DNA from: Paramoeba atlantica
Lineage: Eukaryota > Protista > Discosea
Length of the DNA: 64,000 bases
Assembly (NCBI GenBank): GCA_977017575.1
Contig: CDRNVI010000087.1
Location: forward strand, 1 to 64,000
Reading direction: 5' to 3'
The translations under genes and the position numbers were made by a program. The notes under the pieces were generated by a model. It had not been told where the DNA came from and did not search any database. It was given only the letters and a program-made list of their open reading frames with translations. Shown here one piece after another: positions 46,439-57,641 of the stretch; positions within the stretch are counted from its first letter, which is position 1; each line of letters begins with the position of its first letter.

Positions 46439-47191
46439 TTGTCATGGCTCACCTCAAATTCTAGACTTGTACCTACGCGACTTTTCAAGTTAGCAGTTAT
46501 GCCACGCATTGGGATTGCACATCCGAGCCTCCCCTCCAATTTACAGTGTCCAGGGTGCCATGCATTACTTAACCCCCGTACAGCGCTCACGCACGTGTCC
46601 GGGTGCGTCAAATGTTCAGGCAATAACGCAACGGCAAAGCACAACAAGATGGTTCGGAATATTTATGAATTATGCATAAAATCAGGTCTGCCCTTTGAGC
46701 TGGAACCCAGACAGTTCTCCACCTACACTTGCGCAAAATGTGGAGCAAGCGTGGATGGCGACGGCAAATCCCATCACCAAAGAACCTGCGGATCCGGATC
46801 TTTTTATCATTCGGGCCCAGATATCGTGATTCATTGGGCAAGCGGAGATGTATACTACGATTTCACCATCGGCCACGAGCTATCGCAATCAAATGTTGGA
46901 CGTAGCACCGCTCAGCTTTTCCGTGATGCCATAAAACGCAAAGTCTCCAAATACGTGGCGTCTAAGCTTATTCCTAATGAGCAATTCCAATGTGTACCAA
47001 TGCTCTCCGGCGGTGCAATGCACAGCAACACCAAAGCGCTTATCACAACCCTGGCTGATGCATGTGGACTCGAACGGGACTTCGTAGTACAGGATTTCAC
47101 CCTTCGACTACAGGAACTTAACGGTTCAGTGGTGATGTCCCAACTCCGCAAATACATAGCCACAACTCAAGTGGACAATACGGCTTTTTAG
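46439..47191 (+). CDS. Family C CCHC-RLE ORF copy
   Basis: Identical protein to 20121. Confidence 0.8.
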   Translation: MSWLTSNSRLVPTRLFKLAVMPRIGIAHPSLPSNLQCPGCHALLNPRTALTHVSGCVKCSGNNATAKHNKMVRNIYELCIKSGLPFELEPRQFSTYTCAKCGASVDGDGKSHHQRTCGSGSFYHSGPDIVIHWASGDVYYDFTIGHELSQSNVGRSTAQLFRDAIKRKVSKYVASKLIPNEQFQCVPMLSGGAMHSNTKALITTLADACGLERDFVVQDFTLRLQELNGSVVMSQLRKYIATTQVDNTAF

Positions 47192-47284
47192 GCACGTGCG
47201 AGTTTTTCGGTAGGCGTTGACTATTGATATAAGAGTTGAAGTTTAGACGACTGAAAGTCTATGAAAAGAAACTGAGATGAATGC

Positions 47285-47871
47285 GTGCAATGTACAGGTT
47301 TCAACGCCACAGCGAAGCACAACATGTTGACCAAGTTTCTGTATGATCTTTGCATGAAAGCCGGTATTCCATGCGAAAGAGAGCCGCGTTCTTTTAGCAC
47401 GTGGAGTTGTCTAACATGCGGAAATACAGTCGACTACAACAATCAGCATCTCCACCACAAAACATGCGGAGGACGGCAGTTTCATCGCTCAGGCCCGGAT
47501 CTTGCGATCTACTGGAACAGTGGCGTGGTGTTCTACGACCTAACTGTGGTGCACGAGCTCGCGCCTTCCCATCGGAATAAAAAGTGTTCCCAACTCGTGC
47601 GAGAAGCTATACAGCGGAAAAATGAAACATACGTCAATAGTGGCATGATTCCGGCGGAAGCTTTTGAGTGCCTTCCTGTCTTGTCTGCTGGTCTTTACAT
47701 AAGAGCACACGGGGCCTAATTAAATCACTGACGGATGTCTGCCTGTTGGATACCCAAAACACCGAACAGGCATTCAAGTTGCTACTCCAAGAGCTGAACG
47801 GATCCGAAGTATACGCACAGCTCCGACATTTTTTGGAGCCTCAAGACTATCAGAAAAGCACTATTCTTTAA
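47285..47871 (+). pseudogene. Family A 3' fragment copy
   Basis: Same frameshift as 20967. Confidence 0.85.
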
Positions 47872-48123
47872 GAAATCAAAAGTACAGAAAAGATACAAAT
47901 TGGAATTATAAAGCCTGCGAAGAGATAGACAAAAATCAGTACTAAAAGTTTATGTAAACTTGAGAAAGTAATTTTGATTACGTCTTATATAGACGTATAT
48001 ATTTATAGAGATGAAAACAAATCAAGCACGATTAGATTCATACGGACGAATTCTTAGCTGGAGAGAATGGTTGAAAACTGTTCACTCGATCTTGATCAGT
48101 TCCTTGTGGTAGAGACTCGGAAG

Positions 48124-48204
48124 GCGTCTATACCCAAGTGGTTAAGGGGCCTGACTTGAAATCAGGTGTGTTCTCACGCGCAGGTTGAAACCCTGCTGGG
48201 CGCG
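48124..48204 (+). tRNA. tRNA-Ser(TGA) copy, B-box lesion
   Basis: TTGAAAC variant. Confidence 0.7.
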
Positions 48205-48556
48205 TTTTCCTTCCACAAGCGTTGTCAAATCATATTCAGCGCGGGGTACCAACTACGCCCGCACCGCTCTTCTTCTCTCTTCTTCTTCTTCTATTCCGCG
48301 CGGAGTTTTTTTGAAAAGGTGGGATGCCCAGCGGCGCGGCACCCGTCGTGGGAACGCACGCTCCGCATAAAAGACGTTGTTCTGAATCTCGAGGCGGTTT
48401 TACCCACAGAAGCTGCATTCGCAGGCCTTTCAGTGCAATTTTCGCCAGGACAGCCCACAGAAAACACCCTTTACCTGAGAGAGGTGCATTTGGGAACGTG
48501 AATACGAAACGAGCGAACAGATCACCCGCCCACAAAATCGTGGAGCATCGAGATTA

Positions 48557-49279
48557 GTGCCCAGCAGACTATTCACCCTTGCGGTAATGCCTCGTTTTGG
48601 ACTGGCACATCCCAGGCTCCCTGCACACCTACAGTGCCCCGGGTGTCACACCTTGCTGACTTCCGAGAACGCTATTTCCCACGTGGCTGGATGCTCGACT
48701 TGCACTGGTAACAACGCGACAACGAAGCACAACAAAATGGTCCACAGACTGTATGAATTATGCATCAAAGCAGGCATTCCTTGTGAACGAGAACCCCGGC
48801 AGTTCTCTACGTACACGTGTGGCAAATGTGGAGCTCATCTGGATGGGGATTCTAAACCATCACACCAAAGGATCTGCGGATCAGGATCTTTTCACCACTC
48901 AGGGCCGGATCTAGTTATTCACTGGGCCGACGGAGACGTATTCTACGACTTCACCATTGTGCATGAACTATGTCCTTCGAATTTAACGCGAGGCGGCACA
49001 ATCCTTATGAGGGACGCCATCAAACGGAAGAACAAGACGTACGTAGCCTCAAAACTGCTCCCCCAAATCCAATTTCAGTGCATACCGATGCTTGCAGGAG
49101 GAGCTATGCACGCTAACACAAAGAACCTACTTCTCGCTTTAGCCGACGCGTGTGGATTAGAGCGGGATTACGTGATCCAAGGTTTTACACTTCGATTACA
49201 AGAATTCAACGGATCGGTTGTTCTCTCGCAACTTGGCAAATTTCTAGTGCCGCAGAGCCGAGAAGATACGGCGATTTAA
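48557..49279 (+). CDS. Family B CCHC-RLE ORF copy
   Basis: QDF to QGF variant. Confidence 0.8.
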   Translation: MPSRLFTLAVMPRFGLAHPRLPAHLQCPGCHTLLTSENAISHVAGCSTCTGNNATTKHNKMVHRLYELCIKAGIPCEREPRQFSTYTCGKCGAHLDGDSKPSHQRICGSGSFHHSGPDLVIHWADGDVFYDFTIVHELCPSNLTRGGTILMRDAIKRKNKTYVASKLLPQIQFQCIPMLAGGAMHANTKNLLLALADACGLERDYVIQGFTLRLQEFNGSVVLSQLGKFLVPQSREDTAI

Positions 49280-49862
49280 TCAACCATTCTTTATTAATTA
49301 TGAAAACTTGAGAAAGTAATTGTGGTTCCGGCTCAACACATGAGAGAAAATCATATTATTCATTATCTGAAAACATCTGTCAGTTTCTTCGTCTGTAGGT
49401 TCCTTTGAGATACAGTTTATTTTAAACGAGCGAACAGATCACCCGCCCACAAAATCGTGGAGATTTTCCACGTCCACCCCGTTACATCGTGTCTCAAGCC
49501 TCCTTTGCGTAAGCAGCTCGCAATTTAGCGGCTGCGCTGGAGCCTGGTTCAACTCGGCGGTTCCGGGTTGGTCCTCCAGGGGAGCGGGGTTGGGTGTGGG
49601 CCTTGAAGGCACTCCTGATCGCTTTCCCTTTGTAGTGAGGCCGCCAGGTTGCGAGTTTTGTCGATAGCGGGAATCGAACCCACAACCTACAGGTTGTAAG
49701 GCCCACCGTCTACCAACTACGCCCGCACCGCACTTATGGCATCGGAGAGATGAAAACAAATCAAGCACGATTAGATTCATACGGACGAATTCTTAGCTGG
49801 AGAGAATGGTTGAAAACTGTTCACTCGATCTTGATCAGTTCCTTGTGGTAGAGACTCGGAAG

Positions 49863-49943
49863 GCGTCTATACCCAAGTGGTTAAGGGGCCTGACTTGAAA
49901 TCAGGTGTGTTCTCACGCGCAGGTTGAAACCCTGCTGGGCGCG
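49863..49943 (+). tRNA. tRNA-Ser(TGA) copy, B-box lesion
   Basis: TTGAAAC variant. Confidence 0.7.
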
Positions 49944-49960
49944 TTTTCCTTCCACAAGCG

Positions 49961-50713
49961 TTGTCATGGCTCACCTCAAATTCTAGACTTGTACCTACGC
50001 GACTTTTCAAGTTAGCAGTTATGCCACGCATTGGGATTGCACATCCGAGCCTCCCCTCCAATTTACAGTGTCCAGGGTGCCATGCATTACTTAACCCCCG
50101 TACAGCGCTCACGCACGTGTCCGGGTGCGTCAAATGTTCAGGCAATAACGCAACGGCAAAGCACAACAAGATGGTTCGGAATATTTATGAATTATGCATA
50201 AAATCAGGTCTGCCCTTTGAGCTGGAACCCAGACAGTTCTCCACCTACACTTGCGCAAAATGTGGAGCAAGCGTGGATGGCGACGGCAAATCCCATCACC
50301 AAAGAACCTGCGGATCCGGATCTTTTTATCATTCGGGCCCAGATATCGTGATTCATTGGGCAAGCGGAGATGTATACTACGATTTCACCATCGGCCACGA
50401 GCTATCGCAATCAAATGTTGGACGTAGCACCGCTCAGCTTTTCCGTGATGCCATAAAACGCAAAGTCTCCAAATACGTGGCGTCTAAGCTTATTCCTAAT
50501 GAGCAATTCCAATGTGTACCAATGCTCTCCGGCGGTGCAATGCACAGCAACACCAAAGCGCTTATCACAACCCTGGCTGATGCATGTGGACTCGAACGGG
50601 ACTTCGTAGTACAGGATTTCACCCTTCGACTACAGGAACTTAACGGTTCAGTGGTGATGTCCCAACTCCGCAAATACATAGCCACAACTCAAGTGGACAA
50701 TACGGCTTTTTAG
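49961..50713 (+). CDS. Family C CCHC-RLE ORF copy
   Basis: Identical protein to 20121. Confidence 0.8.
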   Translation: MSWLTSNSRLVPTRLFKLAVMPRIGIAHPSLPSNLQCPGCHALLNPRTALTHVSGCVKCSGNNATAKHNKMVRNIYELCIKSGLPFELEPRQFSTYTCAKCGASVDGDGKSHHQRTCGSGSFYHSGPDIVIHWASGDVYYDFTIGHELSQSNVGRSTAQLFRDAIKRKVSKYVASKLIPNEQFQCVPMLSGGAMHSNTKALITTLADACGLERDFVVQDFTLRLQELNGSVVMSQLRKYIATTQVDNTAF

Positions 50714-50806
50714 GCACGTGCGAGTTTTTCGGTAGGCGTTGACTATTGATATAAGAGTTGAAGTTTAGACGACTGAAAGTCTATGAAAAGAAACTGAGAT
50801 GAATGC

Positions 50807-51393
50807 GTGCAATGTACAGGTTTCAACGCCACAGCGAAGCACAACATGTTGACCAAGTTTCTGTATGATCTTTGCATGAAAGCCGGTATTCCATGCGAAA
50901 GAGAGCCGCGTTCTTTTAGCACGTGGAGTTGTCTAACATGCGGAAATACAGTCGACTACAACAATCAGCATCTCCACCACAAAACATGCGGAGGACGGCA
51001 GTTTCATCGCTCAGGCCCGGATCTTGCGATCTACTGGAACAGTGGCGTGGTGTTCTACGACCTAACTGTGGTGCACGAGCTCGCGCCTTCCCATCGGAAT
51101 AAAAAGTGTTCCCAACTCGTGCGAGAAGCTATACAGCGGAAAAATGAAACATACGTCAATAGTGGCATGATTCCGGCGGAAGCTTTTGAGTGCCTTCCTG
51201 TCTTGTCTGCTGGTCTTTACATAAGAGCACACGGGGCCTAATTAAATCACTGACGGATGTCTGCCTGTTGGATACCCAAAACACCGAACAGGCATTCAAG
51301 TTGCTACTCCAAGAGCTGAACGGATCCGAAGTATACGCACAGCTCCGACATTTTTTGGAGCCTCAAGACTATCAGAAAAGCACTATTCTTTAA
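50807..51393 (+). pseudogene. Family A 3' fragment copy
   Basis: Same frameshift as 20967. Confidence 0.85.
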
Positions 51394-51645
51394 GAAATCA
51401 AAAGTACAGAAAAGATACAAATTGGAATTATAAAGCCTGCGAAGAGATAGACAAAAATCAGTACTAAAAGTTTATGTAAACTTGAGAAAGTAATTTTGAT
51501 TACGTCTTATATAGACGTATATATTTATAGAGATGAAAACAAATCAAGCACGATTAGATTCATACGGACGAATTCTTAGCTGGAGAGAATGGTTGAAAAC
51601 TGTTCACTCGATCTTGATCAGTTCCTTGTGGTAGAGACTCGGAAG

Positions 51646-51726
51646 GCGTCTATACCCAAATGGTTAAGGGGCCTGACTTGAAATCAGGTGTGTTCTCACG
51701 CGCAGGTTCAAACCATGCTGGGCGCG
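51646..51726 (+). tRNA. tRNA-Ser(TGA) copy, A-box and T-stem lesions
   Basis: AAATGG and CCATGC variants. Confidence 0.65.
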
Positions 51727-52078
51727 TTTTCCTTCCACAAGCGTTGTCAAATCATATTCAGCGCGGGGTACCAACTACGCCCGCACCGCTCTTCTTCTCT
51801 CTTCTTCTTCTTCTATTCCGCGCGGAGTTTTTTTGAAAAGGTGGGATGCCCAGCGGCGCGGCACCCGTCGTGGGAACTCACGCTCCGCATAAAAGACGTT
51901 GTTCTGAATCTCGAGGCGGTTTTACCCACAGAAGCTGCATTCGCAGGCCTTTCAGTGCAATTTTCGCCAGGACAGCCCACAGAAAACACCCTTTACCTGA
52001 GAGAGGTGCATTTGGGAACGTGAATACGAAACGAGCGAACAGATCACCCGCCCACAAAATCGTGGAGCATCGAGATTA

Positions 52079-52801
52079 GTGCCCAGCAGACTATTCACCC
52101 TTGCGGTAATGCCTCGTTTTGGACTGGCACATCCCAGGCTCCCTGCACACCTACAGTGCCCCGGGTGTCACACCTTGCTGACTTCCGAGAACGCTATTTC
52201 CCACGTGGCTGGATGCTCGACTTGCACTGGTAACAACGCGACAACGAAGCACAACAAAATGGTCCACAGACTGTATGAATTATGCATCAAAGCAGGCATT
52301 CCTTGTGAACGAGAACCCCGGCAGTTCTCTACGTACACGTGTGGCAAATGTGGAGCTCATCTGGATGGGGATTCTAAACCATCACACCAAAGGATCTGCG
52401 GATCAGGATCTTTTCACCACTCAGGGCCGGATCTAGTTATTCACTGGGCCGACGGAGACGTATTCTACGACTTCACCGTTGTGCATGAACTATGTCCTTC
52501 GAATTTAACGCGAGGCGGCACAATCCTTATGAGGGACGCCATCAAACGGAAGAACAAGACGTACGTAGCCTCAAAACTGCTCCCCCAAATCCAATTTCAG
52601 TGCATACCGATGCTTGCAGGAGGAGCTATGCACGCTAACACAAAGAACCTACTTCTCGCTTTAGCCGACGCGTGTGGATTAGAGCGGGATTACGTGATCC
52701 AAGGTTTTACACTTCGATTACAAGAATTCAACGGATCGGTTGTTCTCTCGCAACTTGGCAAATTTCTAGTGCCGCAGAGCCGAGAAGATACGGCGATTTA
52801 A
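52079..52801 (+). CDS. Family B CCHC-RLE ORF copy
   Basis: FTI to FTV and QDF to QGF variants. Confidence 0.8.
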   Translation: MPSRLFTLAVMPRFGLAHPRLPAHLQCPGCHTLLTSENAISHVAGCSTCTGNNATTKHNKMVHRLYELCIKAGIPCEREPRQFSTYTCGKCGAHLDGDSKPSHQRICGSGSFHHSGPDLVIHWADGDVFYDFTVVHELCPSNLTRGGTILMRDAIKRKNKTYVASKLLPQIQFQCIPMLAGGAMHANTKNLLLALADACGLERDYVIQGFTLRLQEFNGSVVLSQLGKFLVPQSREDTAI

Positions 52802-53384
52802 TCAACCATTCTTTATTAATTATGAAAACTTGAGAAAGTAATTGTGGTTCCGGCTCAACACATGAGAGAAAATCATATTATTCATTATCTGAAAACATCT
52901 GTCAGTTTCTTCGTCTGTAGGTTCCTTTGAGATACAGTTTATTTTAAACGAGCGAACAGATCACCCGCCCACAAAATCGTGGAGATTTTCCACGTCCACC
53001 CCGTTACATCGTGTCTCAAGCCTCCTTTGCGTAAGCAGCTCGCAATTTAGCGGCTGCGCTGGAGCCTGGTTCAACTCGGCGGTTCCGGGTTGGTCCTCCA
53101 GGGGAGCGGGGTTGGGTGTGGGCCTTGAAGGCACTCCTGATCGCTTTCCCTTTGTAGTGAGGCCGCCAGGTTGCGAGTTTTGTCGATAGCGGGAATCGAA
53201 CCCACAACCTACAGGTTGTAAGGCCCACCGTCTACCAACTACGCCCGCACCGCACTTATGGCATCGGAGAGATGAAAACAAATCAAGCACGATTAGATTC
53301 ATACGGACGAATTCTTAGCTGGAGAGAATGGTTGAAAACTGTTCACTCGATCTTGATCAGTTCCTTGTGGTAGAGACTCGGAAG

Positions 53385-53465
53385 GCGTCTATACCCAAGT
53401 GGTTAAGGGGCCTGACTTGAAATCAGGTGTGTTCTCACGCGCAGGTTGAAACCCTGCTGGGCGCG
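53385..53465 (+). tRNA. tRNA-Ser(TGA) copy, B-box lesion
   Basis: TTGAAAC variant. Confidence 0.7.
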
Positions 53466-53482
53466 TTTTCCTTCCACAAGCG

Positions 53483-54235
53483 TTGTCATGGCTCACCTCA
53501 AATTCTAGACTTGTACCTACGCGACTTTTCAAGTTAGCAGTTATGCCACGCATTGGGATTGCACATCCGAGCCTCCCCTCCAATTTACAGTGTCCAGGGT
53601 GCCATGCATTACTTAACCCCCGTACAGCGCTCACGCACGTGTCCGGGTGCGTCAAATGTTCAGGCAATAACGCAACGGCAAAGCACAACAAGATGGTTCG
53701 GAATATTTATGAATTATGCATAAAATCAGGTCTGCCCTTTGAGCTGGAACCCAGACAGTTCTCCACCTACACTTGCGCAAAATGTGGAGCAAGCGTGGAT
53801 GGCGACGGCAAATCCCATCACCAAAGAACCTGCGGATCCGGATCTTTTTATCATTCGGGCCCAGATATCGTGATTCATTGGGCAAGCGGAGATGTATACT
53901 ACGATTTCACCATCGGCCACGAGCTATCGCAATCAAATGTTGGACGTAGCACCGCTCAGCTTTTCCGTGATGCCATAAAACGCAAAGTCTCCAAATACGT
54001 GGCGTCTAAGCTTATTCCTAATGAGCAATTCCAATGTGTACCAATGCTCTCCGGCGGTGCAATGCACAGCAACACCAAAGCGCTTATCACAACCCTGGCT
54101 GATGCATGTGGACTCGAACGGGACTTCGTAGTACAGGATTTCACCCTTCGACTACAGGAACTTAACGGTTCAGTGGTGATGTCCCAACTCCGCAAATACA
54201 TAGCCACAACTCAAGTGGACAATACGGCTTTTTAG
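53483..54235 (+). CDS. Family C CCHC-RLE ORF copy
   Basis: Identical protein to 20121. Confidence 0.8.
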   Translation: MSWLTSNSRLVPTRLFKLAVMPRIGIAHPSLPSNLQCPGCHALLNPRTALTHVSGCVKCSGNNATAKHNKMVRNIYELCIKSGLPFELEPRQFSTYTCAKCGASVDGDGKSHHQRTCGSGSFYHSGPDIVIHWASGDVYYDFTIGHELSQSNVGRSTAQLFRDAIKRKVSKYVASKLIPNEQFQCVPMLSGGAMHSNTKALITTLADACGLERDFVVQDFTLRLQELNGSVVMSQLRKYIATTQVDNTAF

Positions 54236-54328
54236 GCACGTGCGAGTTTTTCGGTAGGCGTTGACTATTGATATAAGAGTTGAAGTTTAGACGACTGAAA
54301 GTCTATGAAAAGAAACTGAGATGAATGC

Positions 54329-54915
54329 GTGCAATGTACAGGTTTCAACGCCACAGCGAAGCACAACATGTTGACCAAGTTTCTGTATGATCTTTGCATG
54401 AAAGCCGGTATTCCATGCGAAAGAGAGCCGCGTTCTTTTAGCACGTGGAGTTGTCTAACATGCGGAAATACAGTCGACTACAACAATCAGCATCTCCACC
54501 ACAAAACATGCGGAGGACGGCAGTTTCATCGCTCAGGCCCGGATCTTGCGATCTACTGGAACAGTGGCGTGGTGTTCTACGACCTAACTGTGGTGCACGA
54601 GCTCGCGCCTTCCCATCGGAATAAAAAGTGTTCCCAACTCGTGCGAGAAGCTATACAGCGGAAAAATGAAACATACGTCAATAGTGGCATGATTCCGGCG
54701 GAAGCTTTTGAGTGCCTTCCTGTCTTGTCTGCTGGTCTTTACATAAGAGCACACGGGGCCTAATTAAATCACTGACGGATTTCTGCCTGTTGGATACCCA
54801 AAACACCGAACAGGCATTCAAGTTGCTACTCCAAGAGCTGAACGGATCCGAAGTATACGCACAGCTCCGACATTTTTTGGAGCCTCAAGACTATCAGAAA
54901 AGCACTATTCTTTAA
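54329..54915 (+). pseudogene. Family A 3' fragment copy
   Basis: Same frameshift as 20967. Confidence 0.85.
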
Positions 54916-56453
54916 GAAATCAAAAGTACAGAAAAGATACAAATTGGAATTATAAAGCCTGCGAAGAGATAGACAAAAATCAGTACTAAAAGTTTATGTA
55001 AACTTGAGAAAGTAATTTTGATTACGTCTTATATCGAAAAAAAAAAAATAGTGGAGAAAGGAGTGGATCCAAACTATTTTCGATGCAAAAAAAAAAAAAA
55101 AAAAAAAAACTAGCCCGCGAGGGCTAGGTACCCCAAGTGAGGTAGTACACGGGCAGTGAATCTCCTCCCCGTCGGCTAGCATCCTGTTTCGCGACCGTGT
55201 CGCTGTCGACACAGGCCCGCGCCTGCGCCCTCCTGTATAACAAGGGAAGGGTTCACAAGTCAGGCCGTGGAGAGGTCGAAAGACCCGGCCCGGAACGCGC
55301 GAATGGATTGGGCATAGATTGCTTGTTTTTATTGTTATTGTTTTTATTGTTCTTATACTTACGGGAGATCGAATTCCTAGTTTTGGGTTCCAAAATATGA
55401 AATTGCTAATTTGATTGCTTGTTTTAAAATCATGTACCCCCCCCCCCCAATGGACCTACTTGGTTCGTCTAATGGGTCAAAATATAGAGGCAATGCCGCA
55501 AAAAAAAAAAAAAAATGTTCACAGACAGTGACACTAAACAAAAGGATTAAATCCCCAAATGCATCCGTGATATAAGAGTTGAAGTTTCCTTATTGTAAGA
55601 CCTCGTTGTCAAATCATATTCAGCGCGGGATACCAACTACGCCCGCACCGCTCTTCTTCTCTCTTCTTCTTCTTCTATTCCGCGCGGAGTTTTTTTGAAA
55701 AGGTGGGATGCCCAGCGGCGCGGCACCCGTCGTGGGAACGCACGCTCCGCATAAAAGACGTTGTTCTGAATCTCGAGGCGGTTTTACCCACAGAAGCTGC
55801 ATTCGCAGGCCTTTCAGTGCAATTTTCGCCGGGACAGCCCACAGAAAACACCCTTTACCTGAGAGAGGTGCATTTGGGAACGTGAATACGAAACGAGCGA
55901 ACAGATCACCCGCCCACAAAATCGTGGAGCATCGAGTGTCGCCGAGTAAATTGAAAGGTGTGATGGAGAAACAGGCGGAATGAGGTGGAATACAATGGTG
56001 TGCTGCATGGCGAGGTTGTGGTGTTTGTTTGCGCTGTTGGGGGTAGAGGTGTCTAGTTTGGTGTGAATTTGTTATCGCATTGGATGTTTCTGTGAAAATC
56101 ATATTTTCCGGAGTAAGCATACGGTGGGGGGGAATACAATGGTGCGCTGCGTGGTGCGTCGGGTGTGCTTGTTGTGGCGTTTGAAGAGTAGATGTGTCTA
56201 CGTTGTAGGGGATGGTGTCTGTTTCATTATGGAAATTCACGTCGTCTTTTCCCTTCCCGACATAGAATCAATAAATGAAGTAAATAAAACATGAAACTTG
56301 AATAAAATCAACATTCACAAAATACACTCACTCTAAATCCCTTATTCCTTAATACGCCTTCCCTCATATTCATCTTCCATACTATATTTTTCGGAAACAC
56401 AAGAATCTAGTCTCGGATCGGTAGGAAAAGTTGCCTGCATAGTCGGAAAAACT

Positions 56454-57446
56454 GTGTGGAAAGGCTTGCAAATGATCCACGATGCTTCAAATTCAAAGTC
56501 TACGGAGGTCGTAGGCGAGCTCAGTAGATCGAATAACGTTGATTCCATGATTATAAATCGACCACCCGCACGGGAAACAACTAGTCCAGGTACTCCAGAA
56601 ACCCGTTCAATGGATTCGACAAAAGCAGTTCAAGTTTCACCAACAGTGTTGCAAGTCTCACCGGAAACACCCGTAACACACAACTTCCACGACTGCATAT
56701 CGCCATCTCCGGAGCTATCCCAAAAGTGCAGGTCACCCAACACACGAGCTGCGGCAATGGACGATGAAGAAACGGGGGATGCTGTTACGCACGAAGCACG
56801 CAACACTACAATCGAATCCAAAAAAAATCAGAACAGTGCCATAATATTCGTAGGCCATAGCGAAGATGAAGTGGAGAAACGAGACCTGGAGCTGATGCAG
56901 TCGGCGAAACCAATTTCTCAATTTCCCCTGTCTTCGGAAGAAATCTGGTCGCGCTCGAAAACCATAAAAAACGGAACGACCTGCACAGTAGCATGGACAT
57001 GGGACCGACAAACGACACTCAACATTTCGCTAGGAAAAGTGGTAAAAACGTACAAACGGGCATCCAAAGGTAAACTTACTATTCAATATACAGGAGTCGT
57101 TGGACATAAGGCAGGAGAGAATTTTGATGGATGTATCCCACCACAAGAAAACGTTCGTGTCTTTCAAATTCTGTGGCACTGCGCCCCTCCTCCGATAGAT
57201 TTTACGACACCGGAAGTGCTTGAATACACACCGCCGGTGGGAAGCACCCAAAAATCCAAAAATCCAAATCATTCCGGATTGCTCCGGATGGTCACTGGCA
57301 AGCCAGACCCTTCACAGACAGATTTGGAAGTTCCGAGGCCGACGTCCTCTACCGGTTTCCGCTTGTCCAAGGCGGCACCAACGTGCTGTTGCCAACACGC
57401 TGCGTCGACGAATTGTACGTCAACACGGCTTACCCAAGAGGTGTAA
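56454..57446 (+). CDS. Family A N-terminal part (first ATG 56472); the last ~65 codons are read-in from the SINE insertion
   Basis: 330-codon ORF; the native frame ends at ...TPPVGSTQ (57251) and continues in the downstream ORF once 404 bp are removed. Confidence 0.7.
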   Translation: MWKGLQMIHDASNSKSTEVVGELSRSNNVDSMIINRPPARETTSPGTPETRSMDSTKAVQVSPTVLQVSPETPVTHNFHDCISPSPELSQKCRSPNTRAAAMDDEETGDAVTHEARNTTIESKKNQNSAIIFVGHSEDEVEKRDLELMQSAKPISQFPLSSEEIWSRSKTIKNGTTCTVAWTWDRQTTLNISLGKVVKTYKRASKGKLTIQYTGVVGHKAGENFDGCIPPQENVRVFQILWHCAPPPIDFTTPEVLEYTPPVGSTQKSKNPNHSGLLRMVTGKPDPSQTDLEVPRPTSSTGFRLSKAAPTCCCQHAASTNCTSTRLTQEV

Positions 57447-57641
57447 GTCGGGTAAGGGAGCTGGTTCCCTGAGGGGAGGGTCCAGGACGGCCCTCCGAGT
57501 ACTGGGCCTAGTCGGTTATCATCCCAGCCTTTTAGAGTGAGGCCGCCAGGAATATTGCGATGAGCGGGTTTGAACTCGCCGTCTGAGCACCATGTGCTTC
57601 AAACTTTGAATTCTTGCCACTCCGCCACCTCCGCCCTTTGT
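57252..57641 (-). mobile_element. tRNA-headed SINE-b inserted antisense in family A with a 14-bp TSD
   Basis: TGGGAAGCACCCAA at 57238-57251 and 57642-57655; A box TGGCGGAGTGG, B box GAGTTCAAACC, two GCAA-capped hairpins, GGATTTTT tail. Confidence 0.88.

Larger units (their letters stand above)
40959..55048. repeat. Tandem array, ~3.52-kb unit, 4 copies (deletion derivative of the 6.09-kb unit)
   Basis: Blocks recur at 41118, 44640, 48166 and 51688 (steps 3522, 3526, 3522). Confidence 0.95.
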
